Positions 27,401 through 40,900 of a stretch of 64,000 nt of DNA are shown one piece after another. The notes beneath the pieces were generated by a model that ran no database searches, was not told the origin of the DNA, and was given only the letters and a program-made list of their open reading frames with translations. The translations under genes and the position numbers were made by a program. Position 1 is the stretch's first letter. Every line of letters begins with the position of its first letter. Source of the DNA: Chiloscyllium plagiosum (Eukaryota); the NCBI RefSeq assembly GCF_004010195.1, contig NC_057755.1, positions 4,177,462 to 4,241,461 on the forward strand, written 5' to 3'.

Positions 27401-27913
27401 AGTGTTTTTCTCAGAACTGGATCAGAAAGAATAACTCTGATCTTTCATCACAGATGGTGCCAGACCTGATGAGATTTTCCAAATGAAGCAGACACAAAAG
27501 AGAACAGAATACAGAATAACTTAACCTCTCTGAAAACCCAACAGATTATCCCAACCTTAATGATGCTGCCCCAATACTTGCAGCAACTCCCATAAACACT
27601 CCTTGGTACAAAGGAGAAAATCAAGCCCAGGGTGTTAGAGGAGTGAAGGTAGATACAGGATCAGTCAGGACCTGCTTCTGTGGGTCCAGCAGCTTCAAAA
27701 CAAGACTGCTAAAACCCAAACCAAACCAGAGCTCGGAGAACGGGCCACTCCCCCTTCATTGGACAACGGTTTTATTTTGAAAACCTCGAAAACCTGTTGG
27801 CTGAGGGAAATCCAAGTTAATGTTTCATTGCCAGTGTTTTTCTCAGAACTGGATCAGAAAGAATAACTCTGATCTTTCATCACAGATGGTGCCAGACCTG
27901 ATGAGATTTTCCA
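27050..27913 (+). repeat. Tandem duplication, two ~432-bp units (27050-27480, 27481-27913)
   Basis: Near-identical copies beginning AAATGAAGCAGACAC, with TCCA microhomology at the junction. Confidence 0.95.
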
Positions 27914-28794
27914 GCAATTTGAGTTGATTTGATTTATTGTTGGCACATGTACCTAAGTGCAGTGAAAAGTTTTGTTTTGTGTTCGGTACAAGCAGATATA
28001 CCATTCAAGGATGTACAGATACCAGGATGATTGAATAGAGGGAGGCAAACAAAGTTACGTTAACACAGGAGGATACAACAGAAAGACCAACATTAGATTT
28101 AAAAGTTGAGAGTTCCGTTCACAGTCTAAAAAGAACAGGGAAGATGCTGGTCTTGAACCTGTTTGTAAGTGTGATTAAGCTTTTTGCATATTCTGTCTGG
28201 TGCAAGAGTTTGGAAGCGATTATATCCAGGATGGGAACGATATTTGATGATATTGGCTGCGTTTCCAGGAACGAGAAGGGCAGATGCAGTCAATGGGCAG
28301 GAGGTTGGCTGGTGTGATGGTTTGGGTCTTGTTCACAATTTCCTTACGGTCCAGGGTGGAGAAGTTTCTGGACTAAGTCGTGACGCTCCCAGATGGAATG
28401 TTTCCTACGGTGAATTTAAAATGGTTGGTGAGACTCCTAATGGGCGTGCCGAATTTCCCAAGCATCCTGAGGAATCAGGGGTATTATTGTGGCTCCTTGA
28501 CCCTCACATTTCCGTGGGTGGTCCAGGACAGATTGTTGGTTATCGTCAATCCAAGCAAAGTGACACTGTCGATCATAACCACCTCAGCTTCTGTTTTGGC
28601 TTTTGATTTCAAGCTCCCGCAGTTCTTTTTCTAAGTATTACTTTCCCAGTTCCACAATGGAGTCCTCAGATACCTGTCGTTATGAAAAATAGGGAACAAT
28701 TTGAGTGATGTATTTTTCATAGAATGGCATACTCATGTATTAACAGGACAAGTAACAATCCATGACTATCCTTTCAGCTTGGGGTTTTTCTGGT

Positions 28795-29930
28795 CATAGA
28801 GTCATAGACGAATACAGCATGGAAACAGGCCTTTCAGCCGAAACTGCTCCATGCTGACCACGTGCTCATTCCAATTCCCTGTATTTGGTGCATATCCTCC
28901 TACACCCATCCCATCCCTGTACCTTTTCAACTGAATTTTAAATGTTGCTGTTGTCGCTCCCTCAACCTCTTTCTCTGCCAACTCATTCCATTCACTCTCC
29001 GCATGAAGACGTTGCCCCTCAGGTCCTTCCTTAACCTTTCCCCGTCAACTTCAACTTATGCCATCTAGTTTTCAATTCTCCAACCCTGGGAAAAAGGCTA
29101 TAAGCTTTCATCCTATCTCTGCCGCTCACGATTTCACACACATCATTCTCCTCCATTCCAAGAAATAAACTGCTGTCCTGGGTAACCTTTGCATATAGCT
29201 CAGGCCTATTAATCCTGGTAATATCTTCATTAATCTTCTTTACACTCCTTCCTTTATTAACTATGTATTTCTGATAACCGGGTAATCAAAACTGTACATA
29301 ATACTCCAAGGGCGACCTCACAAATGTAACATAATGTCCCAACTCCTATACTCGTTGCTTTGACCGATGTAGGCCAGCATGGTAAATACCTTCTTCACCA
29401 CCCTGTCTACCTGTGGCAGCATGTTCCGAGGATTATGTACTTGTACTCATGTGTCCCTCTGTTCCACAACACTCCTCAGGACCTTAGTATTTCTGGTGTA
29501 AGTCCTAACTTGGTTTGACTTTCCCAAGTGCAACACTTCACATTTATCTGTATTGAATTGCATTTGCCAATCCTCAGCCCACTTCCCTCGAATGCTTGGC
29601 AACAATTGTTGCTATCAATGATACCTCCGAATTTGGTATCATCTGCAAACTTACTCATCCTTCCTTGTACATTCATTTCCCGATCATTTATAACAAATAC
29701 CGAAGGTCCCAGCAACGACCCCTGTGGTTCACCACTAGCTACAGGACACCAGTCTGAGAAACGACATTCAACAATTACACTCTGCTTGCTCCCATTGAGT
29801 AAATTTTGAATCTAGTTAGCTAGCTCTCCCTGTATGCCATGTGACTGACATTCACGATTAACCTGCCAGGCGGGACCTTAACAAAGGCCTTACTAAATTC
29901 CATATAGACAACATCAACTGCCCTACCCTC
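28795..29930 (-). mobile_element. CR1 LINE relic
   Basis: LGPSVFVIND...SKFADDTKFGG on the minus strand; CATAGAGT tail at ~28795. Confidence 0.9.
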
Positions 29931-32900
29931 ATCTATCTTCTTGGTGGTGAATTTAAAATTGGAACCCTGCAAAGCCCAGAAATCAAACCCAGGTTAACTA
30001 CTTGGAAAGTAGCTGTGCTCAAAACACTATGCAACATTGCGCATTGATAGACCTCTGAGTGTTCATTGATGAAGCAGGTGAAGATGGTTAGACCTTGGAT
30101 GTTTCCTGACGAGTTATTGCAGAGATGTCCTGAAGGTGAAATTGCTGACATGAACAATAACAACTGTCTTCCTTCTTGCTAGTTATTGCTGCCACCAGCA
30201 GAGAGTTTTCTCTGGATTCTCGTTGAGTGTGGTTTTTCCTTGGCCTCCTACTGTCACACTTGGTCAAATGGTGCCTTGATGTTGATGGGAGCTCCTCTCC
30301 CTTCTCCTCTGGAGTTCAACTTCTCTGAACCAAGGCTGTAATCAATGGCCCTTGGAGCACCCAAACTGGCCATCAGTGAGCAGGTTGTTGCTGACCAGGT
30401 ATTGCTTGTTAGACCTGTTAATGATACCTTCCTTCCCAATTCCATGTTAGAGAATGGACAGATGAGACATTAATTGACAACATCAGATTGACCTCATTTT
30501 TCTGTGTAAAACATACCTGAGTGATCTTTCACATTCTCGGTCCATGCCAGTGCTGTTGCTGCATGTGGACACTTTGGCTCGGCAGGCGGCAACTTTTTGA
30601 TGTTTAAGTTATCAGGACCAATGGCCTTTTCAGTATCCAGTGCCTCCTGTCATGCTGTAACATCAGGGAGAGTGAATTGAATTGGCTGGAGACTGGGATC
30701 TGTGGACATGGGGACCTCAGGTCGAGGCTGAAATGGATCTACATCTTGGTATTTTCCGTTGAGGATTGTTGCAAATGTTTCAGCTTTATCTTTTGCACTG
30801 ATGTCCTGGACTCCCCCATAACTGAGGGTTTAGTTGGTGGAGAGCAGCCTTCTCACCCAGTGATTTAATTGTCCACCATCTTTTATGACTAAATGTGCCA
30901 GAGCGTGGATCTGCTGAACTCAGATGTGATGCAAAAACAAACAATTACTGGTAGAACACAGCAGGTCTGGCAGCATCAGTGGGGAGAAAGCAGAGTTTCA
31001 TTGGTTGTGTGATCACTTAGCTCGGTCTGTAACTTGTTCCATACAAAAGTCGTTCTGTTTTGTACCTTCACCAGGTTGGAACCTTACATTTTGATTTTCA
31101 GTGCTGCTGTTTGTATGTGCTGTTGTACACATCATTGAACCAGTCTGAAGACTTTCCATTCAAATACTCACCCAGATGCCTTTCAATGCTGTAATTGTGC
31201 CAGCTTCCACCATAGAGCCATCGGGTCATAAAGCATGGAAACAGACCCTTCGAAGCATGCAGTCCAAGCTGAACATACTCCCAATTTAAACTGGTCCCAC
31301 TCACCTGCCCCTGACTCATATCCCACCAATCCCTGCCTATTCACGTATCCATCCAAATGACTTTGTTCCACACATTCATCACGCTCGGCAGGCTGGAAAT
31401 GCCCCTCAGGTCGCTTTGAAATGTTTCCCCTCTCAGTTTAAACCCATGCCCTCTAGTCTTGGACTCTGTTATCCTGGGGGAGACCTTCGCTTTTCACCCT
31501 ATCCACGCCCCTCATGATTTTATGAACCTCTACAAATTCTTCCTCAGCCACTGACGCTCCAGTGAAAGAAAAACCAGGCTATCCAATCTCTCCCTGTAAC
31601 TCAAACCCTCCAGTCAGATATGTCGGGCAGATCGTCAGTGATTGTCTGTGCAAGGTATAATTCTGATGCTGCAAATGACGCACTGAACCTCATGGACACC
31701 TCGTCATGAGTTGGTCGATCTGTTTGAAGCCTGCCCCATTTTACACAGATACAGAGCCACACCACATGATGCAGTGCCCATTGAATGTGTGGCAGGCAGA
31801 TTGGTGACAATTCCTTTTGTACTGTCCCAGTTCATTCAGCAGGTGGTGCTGCTGAGCCTGTCTTGGTGATGGACACTGAAGCCTCCCAGACAGAGCCCAT
31901 TCTCTGTCCTTTCCACCTGCAATGGTATGTTCGAACAGGGAAATTCGAGGGATGAGGTAATTGATAATCAGCAGAATGTTGCTGTGTCTGTGTTTAACCT
32001 GATGACATGAGGCTTCATGGGGACAGGCATCAATGATGAGCACTTCCTGGTACCACTCCCCCACCCCCCACCCCCCCTTGACTGTATCCCACTGGGCTGC
32101 CCCCTCTGCTGTCTCTGTCCTGCTCGTGGGACAGGACCTGCCCTGAGACGCTCATAGTATTGGCTGGGACATTGTCTGGAATGTGGGTTTCCGTGAGCGT
32201 GACGATGTTCAATTGTTGCTGGATTGGTCTGTGAGAAATATAAGGTCAGGTTTAAGTTTTATGCAGTGAAGAGTTAACCTCTCTTTATTCCTTTGAATCT
32301 TAAAATCAAACCAAACTAAATTATTTTTTTCAGTTGAAGATTATTCATTTGAATAATCAGAATGCGCACCTAATTATTGCTAACTTTTAGTGACAGTAGT
32401 CACCAATGCATTATTGCTCAGTTCAATAACCGGAGAAAGGAGCTGATTCATGTTTAGAAGAGTCAGCACATGATCTTTGCACTACCATATACGTCGAAAA
32501 TATGATTGATATGGCCTGAATTTGAATATAATCTTGCTGGACCACACTGGCACCTCCAGTAAAGTGTGACTGCCTCCTAAATATCTCCAGATAGCTCCCA
32601 AACTGGATCTGGCCAGATTTCAAACATTTCTTTACAACAGACAATTTGGACTCGTCCTTGAACAAGGGGAAATGCATGGAGCAGATTGGCCAATGGGCTA
32701 GCACAAGACTCAGTGCAAATTTCACCATTAATGCAAATGAGCTGCAAATTACCATGATTCGTAAGTTTGGCCATGTTGATGACATGGAGTGTGCCACATA
32801 AGCATCATAATTCTCCTGTTTGGAGCAGATCCTTATTGAAGGTGTTAGAAAAGTGATGGATTACATTGCACCTTGCATTGAATCACTCATCAACAATATC

Positions 32901-32961
32901 CCACGCATGTCAGCTCCACAATCCCAGTGTCCAAATAGAATTGTGCATCTACATGGTGGTG

Positions 32962-33280
32962 GCATGGTGGCACAGTGGTTAGCACTGCTGCCTCACAGCG
33001 CCAGAGACCCGGGTTCAATTCCCGCCTCAGGCGACTGACTGTGTGGAGTTTGCACGTTCTCCCCGTGTCTGCGTGGGTTTCCTCCGGGTGCTCCGGTTTC
33101 CTCCCACTGTCCAAAGATGTGCAAGGCCAGGTGAACTGGACATACGAAATTGTCCGTAGTGTTAGGTAAGGGGTCAATGTAGCGGTATGGGTGGGTTGCG
33201 CTTCGGCGGGTCGGTGTGGACTTGTTGGGCCGAAGGGCCTGTTTCCACACTGTAATGTAATCTAAATAATCTAATCTAAA
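32962..33280 (+). mobile_element. Full-length young HE1-type V-SINE
   Basis: tRNA-derived head with A box (TGGCACAGTGG) and B box (GGTTCAATTCC), V-domain and (AATCT)n tail. Absent from the homologous site at ~15890. Confidence 0.92.
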
Positions 33281-33857
33281 TTGCTGGCCAGCATGATCCC
33301 AACTAGCATTATTGTGTGTGAGTCAAACTTGAAACTTTTATGAAGATGTTTTCAATATTATATTTATTATTAACAGCAAAGTGTAATCATTGAAGATCAT
33401 AAATGCTTTGATCATAGCCACTTGATTGTCCAATGAACAAATCCACCCATTTGTTTAGTTCAATTTTCAGATTGAAACCTAATGAAAACATAGTGCCCAA
33501 ATGGTGCGGCTGGTGAGCGCACCCAGGATCAAATTATTATTTAGCTTAAGAACTCTGAAAATATCCAATTATTTTTCCTTTGAATACAAATATTCCACAC
33601 CTAATTGTCTTCATGACAATAATTTAACTATGTTTCCAAATATTCCAGATACGAGGTCACATTAAATCTGTTCGATCTGTCTCACATGTGAATAATCTGG
33701 GATAAGAATCTCAGTGCCTGTGTGATGCTACGTAAGCCGTGCCTCTGAATGACTGACAGATTGTTCCAACAGCATATCCCTTCAGCTCTTCACAACAAGC
33801 AAGTTGCTGCCTGCACCCAACCAGTTTATACTCACAAAACCTTAAACCCACAGTCCA

Positions 33858-34342
33858 GCAGGTCTGAAGACCTCCTCGTGGGTCTGCTCCTGGGCCTGGC
33901 CAAACTGGCCATTAACAGGTCCAGGCAGGCCGTGGAGGAGGGGGTCGTTAGGGCCGACTGCCTGCCCCTCTTCCGCGGTTACGTTAGAGCCCGGGTGTCC
34001 TTGGAGAAGGAGCACGCGGTGTCCACCAACACCCTGGAGTTGTTCAGGGAGAGGTGGGCGCCGCAGGGAGTGGAGTGCATCATTTCTCCCTCCAATTCTA
34101 TTTTGATTCAGTCCCTACCCTCCCCTTCACTGTTTTGATCACACAGCACTGCCCTTTGATGTGAAGGGCAGTGTTTGTCACTGGCCACCCGGGTGTTTTC
34201 CTATCTTCCTGGTGGTGGAAATTGAATAAAGATTGGTGCACTTTGTGTCTTCCACTGTGTCTCACACCTGCACACACACACCATGGGTTCTGGGGATAAA
34301 ATAAGCACTAAAAAAAAAGAAAAAAGAGAAAAAGAAAAAAAC
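33858..34342 (+). mobile_element. 5'-truncated Tx1-clade LINE (ORF2 C-terminus, 3' UTR, poly(A)) with a 12-bp TSD
   Basis: Encodes LLVGLLLGLAKLAINRSRQ...FRERWAPQGVEC. AATAAA and an A-tail are present. TSD ACCCACAGTCCA at 33846-33857 and 34343-34354. Confidence 0.85.
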
Positions 34343-34674
34343 ACCCACAGTCCACTATTAGTCATGATTGGACAACATTTTTAATGAATCCTAATCCATT
34401 CATGGGCATCACTGCCTGGGCCAGCATTTATTGCTCATTTCTTGTGGCTGTTCAGAATGTGTTGCTGAGCTGCTTTCTTGAACTGTTGTTGTCTGTGTGC
34501 TGCACACAGAATTACAACACTGTTATGAAGGGCTGAGAAGCAGAATGGTGATATATTTCCAAATCATGATGATGATTGACTTTTAAGGGAATTTGTAGTG
34601 CATGATAATTCCATGCATCTGCTGCTCATGTCCTTCTAGATTATTGTGGGTTTGGAATGGTTTGTTTGAGGAAC

Positions 34675-35213
34675 TTTGCATGCAATTCTGGTCTCCTTCC
34701 TATCGGAAAAATGTTGTGAAACTTGAAAGGGTTCAGAAAAGATTTACAAGGATGTTGCCAGCGTTGGAGGATTTGAGCTATCGGGAGAGGCTGAACAAGC
34801 TGGAGCTCTTTCCCTGGAGCATCAGAGGCTGAGGGGTGACGTCATGGAGGTTTATAAAATTATGAGGAGCACAGATAGGGTAAATGGGCAAAGTCTTTTC
34901 CCTGGGGTCAGGGAGTCCAGAACTAGGTTAGGTTTAGGTTGAGAGGGGAAAGATACAAAAAAGAACTAAAGGGCATTTTTTTCACACAGAGGGTGGTACG
35001 TGTATAGAATGAGCTGCCAGAGGAAGTGGCAGAGGCTGGTGCAATTTCAACATTTAAGAGGTATTTGGATGGGTGTATGAATAGGAAGGGTTTGGAGGGA
35101 TATGGTCCGGGTACAGGCAGGTGGTACCAGATTAGGTTGGGATGTCTGGTCAGCATGGACAGTTTGGACCGAATGGCCTGTTTCCATGCTGTCCATCTCT
35201 ATGACTCTATGAC
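34675..35213 (+). mobile_element. CR1 LINE 3' fragment
   Basis: CMQFWSPSYRKNVVKLERVQKRFTRMLP; CTCTATGA tail repeats. Confidence 0.9.
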
Positions 35214-36499
35214 TTTGGTGAATTTCTGCAATGCATCGAGTAGTTGGTATATTTAGCTGCTACTGAGAGTCAGTGGTGGAAATAAAATGGCTATGTTGAC
35301 CATCAAGTGAACTGTTTTATCCCGGAGAGTGTCGAGCTTCTTGAATGCTGTTGCAGCTTCACTCATCGTGGCAAATGGGGAATGTTCCACCACACTCCTG
35401 ACTTGGACCTTGCAAATGGTGGACAGATGGAAGTCAGGAAGTGTGTTATTGCCTGCAGTATTCCTAGCTTCTGCCCTGCCTTGTCACCACTATATTTAAA
35501 TAGATGGTCCAGTTCAGTTACTGGTTGATGGCCATCTCAAGATGGTGATAGTTGAGGAATCAGCAACGGTAACCCCATTGAATATCAAAGGATGATTGTT
35601 TGACTCGTGTTGTTAGAGTTCATCTTTGTCTGGCATTTATGTGTCATGTATGCTATTTGCCACTTTTCATCCCAAGCCTGCATATTGTCCAGGTATCAAG
35701 GCATTTGGGTATGGAGTGCTTCAGTATCTGAGTAGTCACAAATGCTGCTGAACACAGTGTAATTATTAGCTAATATCCCCATGTCTGACCCTCTGATGCA
35801 GGGAAGTCCACTGATGAAATTACTGAAGGTGGTCAGACCTAAGACACTCCTTTCAGGAACTCCTGCAGAGATTCCCTGCAGCTGTGATGACTGACCTCAA
35901 AGAACCAGAACTTTCTTCTTTTCTGCTGGGGATGACTCCGGCTTCATAGCCATGTTGATGAAGCTTTCATTCACATTTTCATGATCGATATCATATTGGT
36001 GGGGTGCGAATTCGCCGGGTTGGCTTTGTCCTGTTATTTATGCACAGCACATACCTGAGCACATTTCCACTCTCTCAGGAAGATGTCAGTGCTGTAGCTC
36101 AGCAGGAACTGCTTTCCCAGTGATGCAGCATGTTCGGGAGCACATGTCATCTGTCCCATTGCTGGAATCTTGTCAAGGCCCCAGCCTTTACTCACATGAG
36201 AAGGCCAGATGGATCAACCCATCAGCATTTCGGTCTGAAGACTTTTGCAAATGGGTTTAGCCTTATATTTGCATGGATTTACTGGGCTCTCCCATTGTTG
36301 ATTATTGCGGATATATGTGGAGCCTCCTCCTCAATGACTTGTTTAATTGTTCACGTTCATTCAAGACTGGATGCGATGGGACTGCAGAGCTTTGTTCTAA
36401 GATGTTGGTTGTCGAATTTCTTAGTTCTGTCTGTCACATCAGGCTCATGCATGTGGCGAATGTGTTGGTGAAGACCACAGTTTGGAAGTCATTGTAAAG

Positions 36500-37990
36500 C
36501 AGGTGGAGAATGGTGACTTAATTCTGTGAGCGTCCACATTTTAGGAAGTTATCCCATAATCCCTAACAGTGCACAGAGTTGAAGACTTGAAGGTCGAAGA
36601 AGGCCATGTACAGAGATTACTGCTGTTCTCTGAACTCTGCTTGAATTTGTCACACTGAAAATCCTGGCCATTCAGTCTCTTGATGGGCTGAAGCTGCCCT
36701 GAGACTCGGAAGGAGATCTTCAGCCACTGGGAGGAGGGACTGAGGAGGATTCTCACAATGACCTTTTTCATAGCGGACAGTAGAAAATTTCTCTGTACGG
36801 TTGCACCTGTCTCCTTTTTTGAAGATGGTCACAGTAGTGGCGTCTCTGAGATTTCTGAGCATGCTCCCTTCATTCCAGTAAATGATGGTGAGGTGGATTC
36901 ATGACAAGAATGACTCTCCGCCATATTTTAGTCCTTCACTGGGGAGTCGATCTGTGCTGGTAGGCTTGTTGCTGTTCTGTTGCTGGAGGTGGTTTTGTCC
37001 TCAGGGTTGGTTGGAGGTTTGCTGAGATAGCAGTGGGTAGAGTGACTCAGGAACACTTGTGCTAAAGGCTGTGAATTGATGGAGGAGGCCCTCAAAGTGG
37101 TCTCTCCAGCGAGTGCTGAGTGCCTCTTGGTCTTTGATGAGGGAGTCTCTGTGCTTGGCTCTCAGTGGGGTCACTCCCTGGGTACTCGGGCTGTAGGTGG
37201 ATTTGATTGAGCTGAAGAATCCGTACACATTGTGGCTGTCAATGAGTCACGGACTCTGCTGCTGACTTTCTCTACTCACCATCTACTCTTTAGGTCACAG
37301 CTACTTTGTTTCACCTCGGCCTTCAGTTGCGTCTCTGCTTGTTTCCATTTGCTGGAGTTATGGTGGAGCTGCCGTTTCAGGACTACCTCACCTTTGCAGT
37401 CTTGGAGATCTTCCTCACTGATTATCCTCACTGAGCCAATCTTGGGGTTTCCTGGTCGAGAGGCCAAGGGTCTCCACACAGTTGCTGACTGGGAAGGGGT
37501 TTAGGGTGGATCAGATGTTGTGGGCACTCTGTGACTCAGGTATCTTGGTCACCATCATGTCGGCGGTGAGGCCCTGCCTGAGAAACACTTCCATCAGCGG
37601 GATAGCGATAGTTTGAGGATGGTGTGGAATGAGTCTTCTGTCTCCTGCATTGTGTCTAGAAGTGGCCTTTCTCCTGCCAGTCATATCCCACTCACAGCGA
37701 CGATGTCAGTGTTGTGATGCTGTCCAATGGCAGCAGTGAATTATTCAGGTCTATGGGGTTGATGTTATCCATCAGGTTCTGAATTTTCCAGCTCGCAGAT
37801 TGATTTGCGCGTGGAGCAGCGTTGAGATGGAAGCTGCCTGTTTGTGGATCCCTTTAATTTGGAGTGTTCCCTGCACACCAACCACCACATGGTCCCAATG
37901 GAATGAGGTCTGGAGCCAATGGCAGGGAAAGTCCGAGAGAACTGAAGACCAGGCTCTGCTTCAGGACGCTGCTGGGTTTCTTTGAACAGA
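36500..37990 (-). mobile_element. RTE LINE relic, mirror of 12040-13400
   Basis: LRDATTVTIFKKGDRCN; TPLRAKHRDSLIKD...RWRDHFEGLL. Confidence 0.8.
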
Positions 37991-40900
37991 GATGAGATAG
38001 ACAGTGTTTCTGTTATCTGAAATTTATTTGGGGGAACAAGCAACTAAAGATGAAGCTGACCAGCTAATTGGTCCTTCTGGTTGAAATGCTGTCTTCTGAG
38101 TTCAAAGAGTCTGTAATTGTCTTTATCAAGAAATGTTTGATAAATCTTCTCAACACTCTAATTTCTGCGCATGTTGAGTCTGCCAAGACCATGCAAGTAT
38201 CTCTGTGTGTCATGGACATTGCCTATAAGGTACAAAACACAGAATTCGAGTTGACATCAATAGTCCATGTGTGTATTTTTTATTTTTCACACCAAGAAAA
38301 AAGAAATCCATTGGACAATATTACTGTTTTTATTTCAGAAAGACATCAAGTGCTGAATTTTGTTATTATGCGTGTGTGTATGTGTCTGTGATCATGTAAA
38401 GAGATGACCACTTATACTTCTTTATTACTGATGTCTGGTTTATATATCTTTCTTATTTCAGCCTGACACAGACACATTTGGTGATGTTTAATTCACCAAA
38501 TGTACAGTTTCCCAGTTTTGCACACCTGCCATGGCCCTTATCTAATGGTCCTTCCTTGTGCTTCTTCATCACCCTGAATTACATCCACCTACAGTTCCGC
38601 CATTTACACCTACCCAATAACAAAGTCACTGAATCTCCATCCATGCTTCTCCCCGTTGGAGAGTTCCAGTAGACTAGAGGTGGACAAATACATAAAAGAA
38701 TCTGCCCAGAATATTGCTCCAAAGCAAAGTGAGAACCTGCAGGAGATGTCACATTGCACATTGAACAGAAGAGATATAAAGAATTAATGTTTGTGGTTGT
38801 GGTGGCAATCAAGGAACTGCTTTGTTCTGGAGAATGTCAGTCCTCTTGAGTGTTGTTGGAGGTGCACTCATTCCAAGCAAATGGAGAGTGATCCATCATG
38901 CTCCCACCTTGGAGATGATGGCCAGGCTCTGGCAGATAGGGGTGTCAGGAGGTGAGTTACTCGCTGCAGGATTCCGAGCACCTGAACTGCTCTTGGAGCA
39001 ACATTATTTGTATCAATGCACCTGTTCAGTTTCTAGTCAATGGTAACTGTCAGGTTGTTGATAATAAAGAATTTAATAGCGACAATGCTATTGAAGCACA
39101 GTGATCAAGAGGTGGATTCACTCCTGACTGTACTCGTGTGGTGTGAACATTATTTGCCATTTATCAGCCAAAGCTTGCATATTGTCCTGGTCTTGCACCA
39201 TTTGGACATGGACTGCGTCAGGAATTGAAGAGTCCTTGAAAGTAGACTCGCAGGTAGATAGGAAAGTAAAGAAGGCGTTTGGTGTGTTTTCCTTTATTGG
39301 TCAAAGCACTGAATATGGGGGTTGGGAGGTCATGTTGAGCTGTATATGACATTAGTTAGGCTACTTTTAGAATTTTGCGTACAATTCGGAAGTATTTTCT
39401 GAAACTTGAAAGGGTTCAGAAAAGATTTACAAGGATGTTGCCAGGATTGGAGGACTTGAGCAATAGGGAGAGGCTGAATAGGCTGGGGCTGCTTTGGCTG
39501 ATGCATCAGAAACTGAGGGGTGACATTATAGAAGTTTATAACATCATGAGGGGCTTGGATAAGCTAAACAGACAGGATCTTTTCCCTGGAGTGGGGGAGT
39601 GCAGAACTAGAGGATACAGGGGTTAGGACGAGAGGGGAAAGATATAAAGGGGATCTAAGGAACAAATATTTCATGAAAAGGGTGGTGCATCTATGGAATA
39701 AGCTGTCACAGGATGTGGGGGGACTGTTACCATTACAGCATTTAAAATAAATCTGGATGGGTATATGAATAGGATGGGTTGAGAGAGATATGGGCCAAGT
39801 GCTGGCAAATGGAGCTATCTGGTCGGCATGGACGAGTTGCACGAAATGATATGCTTCCGTGCTGTAAGTCTCTATACTCTATCACTCACAATTGTGCTGT
39901 ATGTTTTACAATCATTAGTGAGTGTCCTACTTGATGGAACAAAGGTGATTCATGAAGCAACTGAAGATGGTTGGGCCAATGACACTACCGTGATGAAGGG
40001 TAAGACTCCATAATGCCATATTCAGTCAAATGTTACATTTGTGTCAAGTTTAGTCACTCTCACCTCACCTCTGGAATGCCTCTCTTTTACTATGCCTGCA
40101 CCAAACGTTTTTATGAGGTCAGGAGGCAAGTGACCCTTGGTTGAAACCATACTAACCGCCTTTGAACATGTCCTAACTTTGCAATTATCGCTTAATAGCG
40201 AACCTTTCCATCACTTTGGTAACCCTGGAGAGTCGACAAATAAGGTGGCAAATGGTTAGGTTGAGGATTTCCTGCTAATGATCTCTCCGCCATATTTTAG
40301 TCCTTCACTGGGGATTCGATCTGTGCTGGTAGCCTTGTTGCTGTTCTGTTTGCTGGAGGTGTTTTTGTCCTCAGGGTGGGTTGGAGGATTGCTTAGATGG
40401 CAGTGGGTAGAGTGTGTCAGGAACACTTGCGCTGAAGGCTGTGAATTGATGGAGGAGGCCCTCGAAGTGGTCTCTCCAGCGAGTGCTGAGTGCCTCTTGG
40501 TCTTTGGTGAGGGACTCTCTGTGCTTGGCTCTCAGTGGGGTCACTCCCTGGGTACTCGGGCTGTAGGTGGATTTCATTGAGCTGAAGAAGCCGTACACAT
40601 TGTGGCTGTCAATGAGTCACGGACTCTCCTGCTGACTTTCTCTACCCACCATCTATTCTTTAGGTCACGGCTTCTTAGTTTCACCTCGGCCTTCAGTTGC
40701 GTCTCTGCTTGTTTCCATTTGCTGGAGTTAGGGTGGAGGTGCCATTTCAGGACTACCTCACCTTTGCAGTCTTGGAGATCTTGGATCTCCCGCTTATTCT
40801 CAATGAGCCAGTCCTGGGGTTTCCTGGTCGAGAGGTCAAGGGTCTCCACACAGTTGCTGACTGGGAAGGGGTTTATGGTGGACCAGATGTTGTGGGCACT

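Larger units (their letters stand above)
29150..38230 (-). repeat. Right arm of the old inverted duplication (partner ~11790-25062)
   Basis: Same colinear matches as the left arm; mirrored ORF pairs such as 18341(+)/30254(-) and 13333(-)/36273(+). Confidence 0.85.

Noticed and set aside
32962..33035. tRNA gene
   Set aside because: It is the tRNA-derived head of an HE1 SINE and continues into the V-domain.
38068..38391. 107-aa ORF conserved at 41636-41959
   Set aside because: Conservation reflects the recent tandem duplication. It has a non-ATG start and no recognisable motif.
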